DNA of 64,000 nucleotides from Octopus vulgaris (taxonomy: Eukaryota). The position numbers and the translations under genes were made by a program. The notes beneath the pieces are model-generated. The model made no database searches. It saw only the letters and a list, made by a program, of their open reading frames with translations, and was not told the DNA's origin. The stretch covers positions 1,302,001-1,366,000 of the forward strand of contig OX597838.1 of the NCBI GenBank assembly GCA_951406725.2, in the 5' to 3' direction. Positions 15,627 to 28,332 of the stretch are shown here, piece after piece (positions within the stretch are counted from its first letter, which is position 1; each line of letters begins with the position of its first letter).

Positions 15627-15751
15627 TAAATATACACTAATACATCTGTTATTTCAATACAACTGTTATACTAATACATCTGTTTATTTTGTACACCAAC
15701 CCTCCTCGTGTTTCGTTTTTTTCGTCTTCTCTTCTGGTTTATATATATATA

Positions 15752-15821
<70 letters not shown>

Positions 15822-15924
15822 TATGCTAATACATCTGTTATTTCAATACAACTTTTATACTAATACATCTGTTTGTTTTGTACAGCAACTGTCTTCGTGT
15901 TTCGTTTGTTTGGTCTTCTCTTCT

Positions 15925-15969
<45 letters not shown>

Positions 15970-16076
15970 AATATATACTAATACATCTGTTATTTCAATA
16001 CATCTGTTATACTAATACATCTGTTTGTTTTGTACACCAACCGTCTTCGTGTTTCGTTTGTTTGGTCTTCTCTTCT

Positions 16077-16132
<56 letters not shown>

Positions 16133-16247
16133 TATACTAATACATCTGTTATTTCAATACATCTGTTATACTAATACATCTGTTTGTTTTGTACACCAAC
16201 CCTCTTCGTGTTTCGTTTTTTTCGTCTTCTCTTCTGGTTTATATATA

Positions 16248-16307
<60 letters not shown>

Positions 16308-16430
16308 AATATACACTAATACATCTGTTATTCCAATACAACTGTTATACTAATACATCTGTTTGTTTTGTACACCAACCCTCTTCGTGTTTCGTTTTTT
16401 TCGTCTTGTCTTCTGGTTTATATATATATA

Positions 16431-16502
<72 letters not shown>

Positions 16503-16600
16503 TAATACATCTGTTATTCCAATACAACTGTTATACTAATACATCTGTTTGTTTTGTACACCAACTGTCTTCGTGTTTTGCCTTTTTCGTCTTCTCTTCT

Positions 16601-16650
<50 letters not shown>

Positions 16651-16855
16651 ATGAAATGGATAAATGAATTATCTTGTTACGGATTATTCAAATTATAACC
16701 GATACGTGGGTAGCAAAAATTACAACAGAAAAATCACGGTTGAGGTTACGACCATGGGGTATCGCAACCGTGCCTTAGTGTGGATAATTGAAGTTTTATA
16801 TTTAGTGAGGGAAGAAATGGAGCTGAACGAAGATTTTACAAAATTCCTTTTTATT

Positions 16856-16941
16856 ATTTTCTACACATGTTTCAAAGGCTGCAAATCTCCTAATTCGGAT
16901 TGAATAAGGAGACCATTATGCAGCCTTCTCTTCAGGAAAAT
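16856..16941 (-). ncRNA. Type I hammerhead ribozyme motif, best-formed copy in the window
   Basis: attttc-CTGAAGA-gaaggctgca...tgcagccttt-GAAAC-atgt-GTA-gaaaat: perfect 6-bp stem I, 10-bp stem II with a second helix tctcct/aggaga. Host insert ~16650-17072 has inverted arms ~16797-16877 and ~16993-17073. Confidence 0.85.
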
Positions 16942-17069
16942 CCAGGAACTTAAATCTCCAAACAAATGCGCAGCAAGCTTTTCGAACAGCAAGCTTTTGA
17001 AACATGTATAGAAAATAATAAAAAGGAATTTTGTAAAATCTTCGTTCAGCTCTATTTCTTCCTCACTAA

Positions 17070-17162
<93 letters not shown>

Positions 17163-17256
17163 ATAAATATATATAAATTTTTATTCATCTTATCTCCGTC
17201 TTCTCTTTTGATTTATATATATAAATTTTTTTTATCTCTTCTCCATCTCATCTTTT

Positions 17257-17356
<100 letters not shown>

Positions 17357-17543
17357 TCCAAAAGAAGACGGAGATAAGATTAATAAAAATTTTTAATCTT
17401 ATCTCCATCTTCTCTCTTGGTTTTTATAATAATAATTTATGTGTCTGCCTATATCATTCAACCAGCGTAATATTGGATATTTCTATCCCTCTGAAGTTTA
17501 TATATCCTCACCTGTACTTACACACACACACACACACACACAC

Positions 17544-17618
<75 letters not shown>

Positions 17619-17619
<1 letters not shown>

Positions 17620-18080
17620 GATGGGCTACAGCAAACATTCTGCTCAATACCACAGATTTGCTTGTCAGTTGTTTGACCGTAACCAGTTGAGCATGTCCCT
17701 TAGTGGCTGACGATATGTGCATTTCTGATCACGAGCAGAAGTAGTGGGGGAGCATCATAGCCGTGTGTTGAGAGGGATTCTTTGGTGTTTGAATAATTCA
17801 CCTCTGGAAACATGGGTGTTTCGTTCAACATCCTTAAACAACCCTTATTCAGGGACCTTTCGAGTGGGATGGGTTACTCGACCTGAAGAAAATTCTAACT
17901 GGGCCCCACCTGCAAGGTCATGTGCTGTTTATCTTGATATGAGATCACCATGTCGCGCACACATGGTTGTGATGCATGTGCCTTGTGTACCCTTATCAGA
18001 CAGGTAGTCATGATGGGTATATTGGGCTTCGTATATTTTACCCCAGTGTCACTTTGATGGCATGAACTGCTCTCTCACTC

Positions 18081-18117
<37 letters not shown>
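17619..18117 (+). mobile_element. Non-coding retroposon-like segment between (AAT)n tracts
   Basis: ~460 bp of higher-GC sequence that starts after and ends in (AAT)n; consistent with a 3' UTR or non-autonomous partner of a TAA-targeting LINE. Confidence 0.55.
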
Positions 18118-18119
<2 letters not shown>

Positions 18120-18484
18120 TTCTGAAGTAACCTGAAGATGTATCTGGTAGTAATCTTTATTTTGTTCAACGGTTGTTTCAATCCATCCTGCTACTGTCCC
18201 TTATGGTTGGGATTCCGTTCAACATGTCTTGCAATCATTTTGCAATCTGGGTCTCATCAGGTACATCCTTACGTAAAATTGTGCCTCTCTAAAGATCCTG
18301 GGTTTTGGCTGTTATGTTGTCATATGCCTGTCTGGTTAGGGAATGGCTACAATTTTCAATTACTATTATCTTTCTATATGAATTGCAAACAGCGTGGTGT
18401 GTTGGGTAGATGCCTTCTACTATATCCCCGAGCCTGACAAAGCATTGTGAGTGGATAATGTAATATACATTGGTTAGTTACTAT

Positions 18485-18626
18485 TAGCTTCATGTCACTA
18501 AAAGTACAATGATCGGTCAATGTTGTATAGCGTGCCGTATATTTTTAGACAATCAATCAAACTCAAAATACACGGCACACCATACAGATTTGTCCGACCA
18601 TTATATTTTTAGAGGCATGTAACTTA
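18485..18626. repeat. Degenerate fold-back (MITE-like)
   Basis: catgtcactaaaagtacaatgatcggtcaa..cgtgccgtatatttt pairs imperfectly with aaaatacacggcac..ttgtccgaccattatatttttagaggcatg. Confidence 0.55.
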
Positions 18627-18844
18627 GAGTAGCTCACATTTAATTCCTGCGTATATTAAATAACATTTATCGCTCACTGGATGGAGTACTATTTTTGTTG
18701 ATCTCACCAGAGACGGAACAGCACATACACAGCTCGCCGCCTTAATGATGATGATAGTAATAATAAAAAGGATAATAATATATGTATATGTATGTACGTA
18801 CGTATGTGTGTGCGTGAGTGTGTGTGTATGCGAATATGTGTGCG

Positions 18845-18875
<31 letters not shown>

Positions 18876-19059
18876 GAAGAAAAATACATCATTTTATATG
18901 TTTGTTATTGAATCCAGATGTGCAGAGATAAAGCTGATATTTCTGTTCAGATTGTAATCATAAAAATTAATTTCAAGTGGAAATAATTTCGCATAATTTT
19001 ATTCATTTGTAGATTGTGTGAAAGAATTCGTTGCCATAATATTAAAAGTGCTGCTCACA

Positions 19060-19370
19060 GCCGCCCGTCCAGTTACACATCCATACATCCATATAAATCG
19101 GTTATTGACCGGTTAAGCAATTCAGTCTATGGTCAACACGGACATAACTCATTTTACAATTCATCGTCGATATATTGGTTCCTGTCCAGATTGCCGCTCA
19201 GTTTCTACTGCATAGTGACCAACACAGATATATTGGCTATTGACCAGACATACGGCTCAATCTTCCCTTCACGTTCAACACTGTGCGGCTATTGACATGA
19301 TCAGCTGCTCTATTACATAATGGTCAACGGAAACAGGACATTGGCCAGATCATCCATTCAATATCCATTT
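19060..19370 (-). mobile_element. Possible highly decayed Tc1-like transposase fragment
   Basis: Broken frames give ANVLFP and GNLDRNQYIDDEL, which loosely resemble Tc1 W.NVLFSDE and GNL...Y..IL. Confidence 0.3.
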
Positions 19371-19387
19371 TGGCTATCCTTTTTCTT

Positions 19388-19916
19388 TTACTTGTTTCAG
19401 TCATTTGACTGCGGCCATGCTGGTGCACAGCCTTGAAAGGTCTTTTAGTCGAACAAAACGACCCCAGTACATTTTTTAAAAGCCTTGTACTTATTCTGTC
19501 GGTTTCTTTTGCCGAACCGATAATTACGGGGACGTAAACACACTAACACCGGTTGTCAAGCGGTAGTGGGGGACAAACAGACACAAAGATACACACTCAC
19601 ACACACACACATACACACCCACATACGACAGGTTTCTTTCAGTTTCCGTCTACCAGATCCACTCACATGGCTTTGGACAGCCTAAGTAGACAGCCTAAGT
19701 AGACACTTGACCAAGGTGCCACGTAATGGAACTGAACCCGGAACTTACCATACAGCCACGCGAATATTCTTTTCTACTGTAGGCACAAGACCCGAAAGTT
19801 TTGGGAGAGGGGGCCAGTCGATTAGATCGACCCCAGTACGCAACTGGTACTTAATTTACCGACCCTGAAAGGATGAAAGGCAAAATCGACCTCGGTGGAA
19901 TTTGAACTCAGAACGT
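19388..19916 (-). mobile_element. Adjacent SINEs: family A (19388-19762) and family B (19765-19916)
   Basis: Same diagnostic cores as other copies in the window. Confidence 0.8.
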
Positions 19917-21244
19917 AATAGCCACGCGTATATTGAATTAAAAATTACTTTCTCTATTCCTTTATATAACAAAAAAGAGAAAGAACATGAAAATGCTTTA
20001 AATTATATTTTTCATCTTGAAAAAGTAACATGAAGAAAGAAAAATATTTATTCAAAAATAAAATTAAAAAGCATGTAATATAAAATTCGAGAAAGAAAAT
20101 AGCGATAAAATAATTTCTATAATTGTAAATTTGATTTCTCTTCATTCAATAGTGCTGTCATTAAAACATGATACACGTCACTACATCTCTCGTCTTATAT
20201 GTATATAAATTAGTCAATTATTTCTAAAAATTGAATTACATTAAATTTATCGGGTACCCTTTAGTTTAACAGGCTAAATTTATTGGGTCACCTTGAAATG
20301 GATTTCGCTACCCCTAAAACCATAGTGGATTACCTTGAAATCTATCGCATTATCCTAAAATATATAAATTTACCCCTAAAATGTATTGTTAACCCTGAAA
20401 TTATAGCGCCAGCCATTGCGTTACCTCTAAATTAATCACCTTACTGCTAAATTTATCTAGTTATTTCTAGAAAATATAAAAGATACTTAAACAATGCTTG
20501 TTCTAGTCATTTGACTATGGCCATGCTGGGGCTCGGCCTTGAAGGGTTTAATCTAACAAGACAAGCTCAGTAGGTGTTTCGAAAGCATTGCACAAATTCT
20601 ACCGGCTTCTTTTGGGGAACAACTAAGTTAGGGGTACGTAAACAAGCGGTGGTGGGGGACAACCATAACACACATACACACATATACATACATCCATTCA
20701 TCCATCCATCCATGCATACATAGATGCATACACACACACACACACACATAGCTAGAAAGGGAGATAGAGAGAAAGAGAAGGAGAGAGAGGCAGAGAAGGG
20801 AGAGGCAGAGAAGGGAGAGGGAGAGAGATAACCTCTTGTATTCCATGTTTTGCTCGTTTTACCCTTTTCGACGAAATGTTAATGACTACAAATGAGTATT
20901 TTCATTGCTCGAAACATGTTACCGTTAGATAAAATTTGTGGTTTCTGTTCCGTATATTTCATCATGATGTGAAATGTTTGTTGTTTATACTTTATATGCT
21001 TCCACCAGACTATGAAATGTATGTAGTTCATTGGCTTCGTTTTCTCATATTTGATATACATATGCACAAATTGTAGCTGGACATTTAAATTTCATTCTGC
21101 ACAAAGAATGCAGTTTATACCTCTGCTTTGCAGCGTCATGTGAAATAACTGCAGAGAATGTAAAGTTTGACAAATTAGTAACTTGAAAAATACAATGTGA
21201 AATCTATGCAGCTCACAATGTTGGTTAGCTTTTTTTTTTATATG

Positions 21245-21480
21245 TTACGTGAAATGTTCGCAATTTATGAAATATAGTGTGAGAATAGTATACAAAAGTG
21301 TGACATATGGCCAAAATGTTTTACATTGTGATGTGATACGAGCGCTTCCGGAAGTGGTTGGGAATGTAGTTAGTTTTTCATCTGAGGAGGAAGTTTCGTC
21401 GGTTGACGTAGTGTCTGTCGTTTCAGTTCCAGTTGATGGTGTCGTTGGTGCAGTTCGATACTCTGTTGTTATGGAGGATT
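21245..21480 (-). CDS. Last coding exon: Ser/Thr-rich stalk and hydrophobic C-terminus (probable GPI-anchor signal)
   Basis: Acceptor ttttgtttttacag, phase 1 (G+AA = Glu). Encodes ESSITTEYRTAPTTPSTGTETTDTTSTDETSSSDEKLTTFPTTSGSARITSQCKTFWPYVTLLYTILTLYFINCEHFT, stop TAA. The four exons sum to 588 nt = 195 aa plus stop. Confidence 0.85.
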
Positions 21481-21728
21481 CTGTAAAAACAAAATAAATA
21501 TTAGACTTTATGAACATCTATTTCGGATAAATCACGGAAATACTTTCAGTGACTCCCATTCGAACTGTGTATCTATCGCCTACCAGGCCACGAACGACAA
21601 TACAGAGAACTTGCAATTTCTGTGGCAAAACCACGAAACTAAATCTACTTTTTTTTGCTACTGTTTTTATATTTGACATTTTAATCCATTTTAATAATGC
21701 ATTTCTATCTATGAACATAATTAGCTAC

Positions 21729-21781
<53 letters not shown>

Positions 21782-21866
21782 TTAGAAACTACATTTTATA
21801 TTAGGGTAGGTTCTAAGTGTATATATAGATATGTGTGTGTTTGTGTGTATATGTGTGTGTGGTGAG

Positions 21867-22181
21867 GGCGCGTGGCTTAGTGGTTAGGGCATTCGGCTCA
21901 TGATCGTAAGGTTGTGAGTTCGATTCCCGGCGACGCGTTGTGTCCTTGAGCAAGACACTTTATTTCACGTTGCTCCAGTCCACTCAGCTGGCAAAAATGA
22001 GTTGTACTTGTATTTCAAAGGGTCAGCCTTGTCACTCTCTGTGTCACGCTGATTATCCCCGAGAACTACGTTAAGGGTACACGTGTCTGTGGAATGCTCA
22101 GACATTTGCACGTTAATTTCACGAGCAAGCTGTTCCGTTGATCGTATCAGCTGGGACCCTCGTCGTCGTAACCGGCGGAGT
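21867..22181 (+). mobile_element. tRNA-derived SINE family C, full length
   Basis: A-box tggcttagtgg, B-box gagttcgattcc, core gtgtccttgagcaagacact, 3' gtcgtaaccggcggagt. Other copies at 26013-26329 (+), ~49250-49425 (+, 3' part) and ~60085-60320 (-). Confidence 0.85.
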
Positions 22182-22280
22182 CTTTTTTGAATATGTGTGT
22201 GTGTATATGTATGTGTATATATATTAGTGTGTGTGAAGGCGCGTGGCCTAGTAGTTAGGGTATCTACCTATCTACCTGTC

Positions 22281-22581
22281 CATCCATCCATCCATCCATC
22301 CATCCATCCATCCATCCATCCATCCATCCATCCATCCATCCATCCATCCATCCATCCATCCATCCATCCATCCATCCATCCATCCATCCATCCATCCATC
22401 CATCCATCCATCCATCCATCCATCCATCCATCCATCCATCCATCCATCCATCCATCCATCCATCCATCCATCCATCCATCCATCCATCCATCCATCCATC
22501 CATCCATCCATCCATCCATCCATCCATCCATCCATCCATCCATCCATCCATCCATCCATCCATCCATCCATCCATCCATCC

Positions 22582-22672
<91 letters not shown>

Positions 22673-22702
22673 CATCTATCTATCCATCTATCTATCTATC
22701 TA
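22281..22702. repeat. Compound microsatellite (CCAT)n then (CTAT)n
   Basis: Read directly; explains the MDGW and SIHP ORFs. Confidence 0.97.
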
Positions 22703-22804
22703 TAAACACTTTCCCAAATAAAATTGCATTTCACTTTTGAAGCTCCGATGATACGCTCAAATATGAGAGCGTTGCATCTTTTAGTAGAAACAAGTTTAAG
22801 CTAC

Positions 22805-23125
22805 GGTACTTAGTTTATCAACCCCGAAAAGATGAAAGGCAAAGTTGACCTCGGCGAAATTTGAACTCAGAACGTAGCGACGGGCGAAATACCTACTTCT
22901 TTACTACCCACAAGGGGCCAAAAACAGAGAGGACAAACAATGACAGACAAACGCATTAAGTCGATTCATCGACCCCAGTGCGCAACTGGTACTTATTTAA
23001 TCGACCCCGAAAGGATGAAAAGCAAAGTCGACCTCGGCGGAATTTGAACTCAGAACGTAACGGCAGACGAAATACCGCTAAGTATTTTGCCCTGCGTGCT
23101 AACGTTTCTGCCAGCTCGCCGCCTT
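22805..23125 (-). mobile_element. Family B SINE with duplicated central domain (dimeric)
   Basis: Two successive gaccccgaaaggatgaaaggcaaagtcgacctcggc blocks; same layout at ~60345-60732. Other family B copies at ~40685-40875 (+), ~52620-52828 (-) and ~56170-56353 (-). Confidence 0.8.
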
Positions 23126-23163
23126 AATAACAATTGTAATAATGGTTATTACGAGTGACTTAC

Positions 23164-23294
23164 CGCTGACATGGATAAATATACTTCTGGATTTTCTGGA
23201 ATACTCACTCGAACAAACATACTCGCCTTCATATGATTTGTTCATTCTTAAAATACGGAGTTTAGTCTTATTTTGGTATCGTATTGCACTGATT
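23164..23294 (-). CDS. Coding exon 3: C-terminal half of the Ig domain
   Basis: Acceptor tatattttag, donor GTAAGT, 131 nt, phase 2 to 1 (TC+A = Ser). Encodes ISAIRYQNKTKLRILRMNKSYEGEYVCSSEYSRKSRSIFIHVS with E-strand LxI and F-strand EGxYxC; N-glycosylation sequons NKT and NKS. Confidence 0.9.
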
Positions 23295-23454
23295 CTAAAA
23301 TATAAACACAAACAATATATAAGTGTACGTTTTGAGGAAGATTTGTGGCAAACTATCGTTTCTGTCTTCGAAAGATATCCTTTTGAAAATCATTTAAATA
23401 TGAAACTGGTTAAGCATTTGAATTTTTAAAAATTCTTCATTTATATTCTCTGTA

Positions 23455-24312
23455 CGTTCTCTGTGGGACAAACCCGTTTTAATTTGGGCTTCGGCTGCTA
23501 GAAGCCACTTTATGCAACCCTCAGGCATCAGTCTGCTGTCTGGCGTTTTCCAGTATGGCCATACTGCCACGTTGTGCATCTTTGTTTTGCAGGGCTTCTC
23601 CCTTGTTCGTCGATTTTTGCGATAGTTGAAATGAAGGAAATTCTGTTTTCTGCCGGGGAAAATATAAACCGAAGCAGTTGTCATGCTTCAAACAGATTAC
23701 AAGGATGCTGCCAAAAGCAAAACATAAGTTTATGAGTGGTTTCCACTCTTGAGGAATGGTCACTTGTCGCTTGATGACCAACCTTGTTCAGGGTGTTCGT
23801 CGATCTCCTGATCGAATGAAAACATCATGAAAATTCATGAACTGATCTTGGAGGACCGTCACCGAAAAATTGATGAACTTGTTGACATGACTGGTCTGCC
23901 CTGGAGCTCCTGCCAATTTTAAGTGAGGAATTCCGAATGAAAAGAGTTGCAGCAAAATTTGTGCCTCGCTTGCCCTCGGGAAATCAAGCAGTCACGCCTG
24001 AATGCGTGTCGTGAACTTGAAAGAACAGTTGGAAATTGAACCGGACCTTTTTTCGAAGGTCATCAGTGGTGAGGAAAGCTGGTGCTACGGAATTTGCCGA
24101 TGTGGAAGAGGTAAAAAAAAAAAAAAACACGATGGAAGCGTTAAAAAGCAACACTTCGTAAGAGTTCCAGCACTGCATTGAATAGTTGAAAATGCGTCTG
24201 GACTGATGCATCGCTTGAAATGGAAAATAATTTGAAGGCAATAAAAGTGTAAACATGTATAAGTAAGTAAAATAACATTGAAAAACTCCAGCTTCATCTG
24301 GGTACCTCCTCG
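23455..24312 (+). mobile_element. Decayed, internally deleted mariner in an intron of the Ig gene
   Basis: Broken frames give VYEWF, LILEDR and MKRVAAKFVPRL; right end ...gggtacctcctcg|TA. Left end approximate. Confidence 0.75.
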
Positions 24313-24639
24313 TATATCTCTATCTAAGATGCATTAATTAAACAAATTTTTAAACTGTCATGTTTCAAATAGTTACATATATTTTTAATACAATACTATT
24401 TTAGACAAATATATCTTCATGAGAAATTTTGTTTGATATTGAATTTCATGCTATTATTTCAAAATACAGTATATATAATCACTCGTATTAATGTCTAAAT
24501 ACTTTATAGTATTAATATTTTTGACATTTTATACAAAGAGCACTCATTATAAATTCAGTATATAATATTCTAACAGAATATATTTAATTAATGATATCTG
24601 TCTATCTATCTGCGTGTGTGTGTGTGTGTGTGACTCTGG

Positions 24640-25005
24640 CAGGCAGCCATTAATCTCATGAGACAACGAATCTGAATTTCAGAATTTTTGCTTCAGCCTC
24701 ATTTGTAGAATAATATCTGCTACGGTCGTAGAGGCAACACATGAGTGACAGCCCATGTTGCAGAGACCGCCCTAGTCCTCTCTTGCCAGGAGCCATTTCC
24801 CCTGTCCACGAGGTCTTTCTGGATCATTCCATCTGACGTGTGGTGTAAGTAGTTAAGCCAGCAGAGACGTTGCTGCTGGAGAAGGATGAAGTGGTTTGGT
24901 AAATGGACGCAAGCTTGAACTCCGTGACTGTCAGTTCATCTTGTGTTTAAGATACGTCTCAGGCAATGAAGCTGGAAGGCATCGAGACATTTCTCTAACC
25001 TAGGG
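24640..25005 (-). mobile_element. RTE-clade LINE 3' fragment
   Basis: LDAFQLHCLRRIL and QQRLCWLNYLHHTSDGMIQKDLV match the RTE C-terminal pattern (LNAFHLRCLRRIL, RRLRWLGHV.RM.DGRIPKDLL). Confidence 0.7.
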
Positions 25006-26012
25006 TAGTGGCATATATGCTCATATATACACGCATATACACATGTATGTGTCTACGTGACTAAATATATACAAACATTGTTTACATTCATATATGCATG
25101 TAGAATTTCATATACACAAAATGATATTCTTGCATACATATATGTTGGCACTCATAGATACCACAAATATATTTTGTGGGTAGTTATGCAATCACTATAT
25201 GCACACTTGCATGTATATACATACACACGCAGGTACACACACACGCGTGCGCGCGCACACACACAAGCGCTCATACTGAAATACACGTATGTTTACACAC
25301 AGAAACACACTCATATACTCATACTTCCATATGAACATGTGCTCACATTTGCGTATGCATACATACATCCACCTATCCATCCACACACACAAACATGTGT
25401 TCACATACGTACATACACACACAAACCTCCACCTTCCCACCGTCACCACAGACGCTCACATTCAAAAATATACAACTGACTGAAACCATTTTTTCCTTAA
25501 ACAAGAAAAGCTTGTCGCTTTCTTAGTGACTGGCTCGTATTTTGGCAAGAAATATCAAATATCTCTCTACTCCACCCCCTCTCTCTGTATGTATATAAAT
25601 TCGCATATACATATGCACAGATACATATAAACACACACACACACACACACGTGTTTATACACTTGCATGTTTCTACTGAAATGTTTGTGAAATGTAGAAT
25701 CAACAAATATAATCTGGAGTAGAAGAAAAGGAAGGAAAATTTAAGTGATCGGGTGGGTAGTAAAAACCAGTTGTTCACCTGACGTAAACACAGCGGTTCA
25801 ACTAACGAGAAATCCAGAAAAATTACTACACCTTTGCTATAGATTAATACCTGTTTATTGGGGGTGGGGTGGGGGTACTGATTATGTAATTTACTATTTG
25901 AGCATCAATCTCGTGTAACTGGGTTTCACAAAACCAGAGAGTTTAAGAGTTATTAATGGAAGGGTGAAAATTACGTAGAATATTCTTGAATCTAGCTTAT
26001 TGGCATATGTGA

Positions 26013-26595
26013 AGGTGCGTGGCTTGGTGGTTAGGGCGTTCGGCTCACGATCGTAAGGTCGTAAGTTCAATTCCTGTCGACACATTGTATTCCTGAGCAA
26101 GACACTTTATTTCATGTTGCTCCAGTTCACTCAGCTGGCAAAAATGAGTTGTGCCTGTATTTCAAAGGGCCAACCTTGTCACACTCTGTGTCACGATGAA
26201 TCCCCTCTGACAACGAGATTAAGGGTACACGTGTCTGTGGAGTGCTCAGCCACTTGCACGTTTATTTCACGAGCAGGCTGTTCCGTTGATTGGATCAACT
26301 GGAACCATTGTCGTCGTAACCGACGGAGTATCAGTTATAGACATATACACAATACATATGTGTATGTGTGCATGAGTGTGTGTGTGTCCGGGTTTGTCCT
26401 CAACCAGTGTTCGACAACCGGTGTTGGTGTGTTTACGTTCCCGTAAATAAGCGATTTCGCAAAAAGAAATCGTTATAATAAATACCAGGCTTGAAAAAAT
26501 AATCTTGGGGTCAATTTGTCCGACTAAAACGCATCAAGGCGGTGCCCCAGCATGGCCGCTGTCCAACGACTAAAACAAGCAAAATAAAAGATAAA
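26013..26595 (+). mobile_element. Family C SINE followed by the 3' half of a family A SINE
   Basis: Matches 21867-22181, then ccggtgttggtgtgtttacgttcccgtaa...ggcggtgccccagcatggccgc. Confidence 0.8.
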
Positions 26596-27959
26596 ACACA
26601 CACACACACACTAGCATGTACACGTATGCGCATATACACACGTACACACATGCATACACGCATGTTTTGTGCATGTCAATATATACATGCATACACGGGC
26701 CCACACAAACACACATCCTACGGCCGCCAGATGCCTTCGCTAGGATTCGCTAGTACGTGCTATGATTTTGCTAATAGACACACCCATTGCTGAGACCCAG
26801 CAGAACATTCATGATGTGACAATCACAAGGAGAGGGCCTTTCACCAGTAATCAGTTGGTATAGATTTTAGCTGACTCAGTAGAGTAGCGAGAAATGGAGT
26901 GCCTTGCTCTAGACTGCAATGCTCTGTCTGATCGAAAAATCGAACCCACGAATTTTTGGTCGGGAACCAAACACTCCAACATGTTGGTTATGTGTTTTCA
27001 CATACACAGGAACACACACACGTATATATGATAGTGGGTGCGTATATGTATGCATACGCGTGCGCGCGCGCACACACACACATATATATGTAATATATAT
27101 GAATAAATATATATATATGTGTGTGTGTAAATGTATGAATGCACACACACACACGTACACATGCATGCTTTTATAAATTTATACAAATGCACAAGATGGC
27201 GCCATTAACAGTTGTCATTAAGCATAGAAGACAGTTTCGGATGTCTGCTTGAATGTTTTTTTTTATTTAATTACACCTTTCTTGCTCAGCCTAGATTTGA
27301 AACTATTTTTTTTTCTGTCTGTTAAAAGTAAGAGAAGCACTTTCCCCTTGACTGTTTAGCATTATTCAGATCGGATGACAAAAGATATTTCTTATTGCGT
27401 GGAATTTCACTGTCACCATCATAGCACTTCATTCATAATCACACCAGTACCAACAACAACAACAACAACAACAAAAGGATAAACGATCCTGTGAGTTAAG
27501 ACAACGTAAGTATTCTTTCCACTGCATCTGTTCTCTGCGGTTGAATGAAGATCTTACGTAGCGCTATAACAAAGTCGGTGTAAACGAATAGTCGCCACCA
27601 TCCCTCAACTCACCCAATGCTACTGATTCGACGCAGATGAAAATAGAATATGCTCATCTTAAAAACAGTCTTAAGTCATAGTTTGAAATTAATCTTTCTA
27701 ATTTCTTCAAGCTATCATTAATTAACAGATCGTTTTTGACGAACGAAGGATTTAAAAAATTATGAAGCAACTTCTTGACAAAAGTCATAACTAGAAGCCG
27801 TATGAAAATAGGTGACAGCATGAATTAGATCAAGCTGCTACTTCTCTGCATTGAGAGGTCACAACTCCGGTCCTACGGAGATATAATTAAAATAGGACAA
27901 GATAGAATCGCAAGATGCATTCTTTAAGCTGCGCCAACCGAGATCTTTTATTTTTTATC

Positions 27960-28332
27960 TTTTGCTTTAGTCATTAGACTGCAGCCATGCTGGGGTACCA
28001 CCTTGAAGAATTTTTAGTCGAACGAATCGACTCCAGTACTTATTTTTTTCTTTTAGTCATAGAACTTATTCTATCGGTCTTTTTTGCCGAACCGCTAATT
28101 CACGGGAACGTAAATACACCAACACACCGGTTGTCAAGCGGTACTGGGTGAGGGTGGTGGTGGTGGTGAATAAAGGCAAGGGCTTTTTTCAGTTTCTGTC
28201 TGCCAAATCCGCTCACAGGGCTTTGGTCGGTTCGAGGCCATAGTAGAAGACATTTTCCCAAGGTGTCACGCAGTGAGACTGAACTCGGAACCATGCAGTT
28301 GGGAAGCAAGCTTCTTACCAGACAGTCATGCC
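27960..28332 (-). mobile_element. SINE family A
   Basis: Same cores as 3290-3706. Further copies at 32215-32547 (-), ~42840-42990 (-) and ~47560-47765 (+). Confidence 0.8.

Noticed and set aside
21867-21935. tRNA gene
   Set aside because: A and B boxes are present but run straight into a SINE body found several times in the window; no complete cloverleaf. The same applies to the other SINE heads.
22197-22721. ORFs with SIHP/MDGW repeats
   Set aside because: Translations of the (CCAT)n microsatellite.
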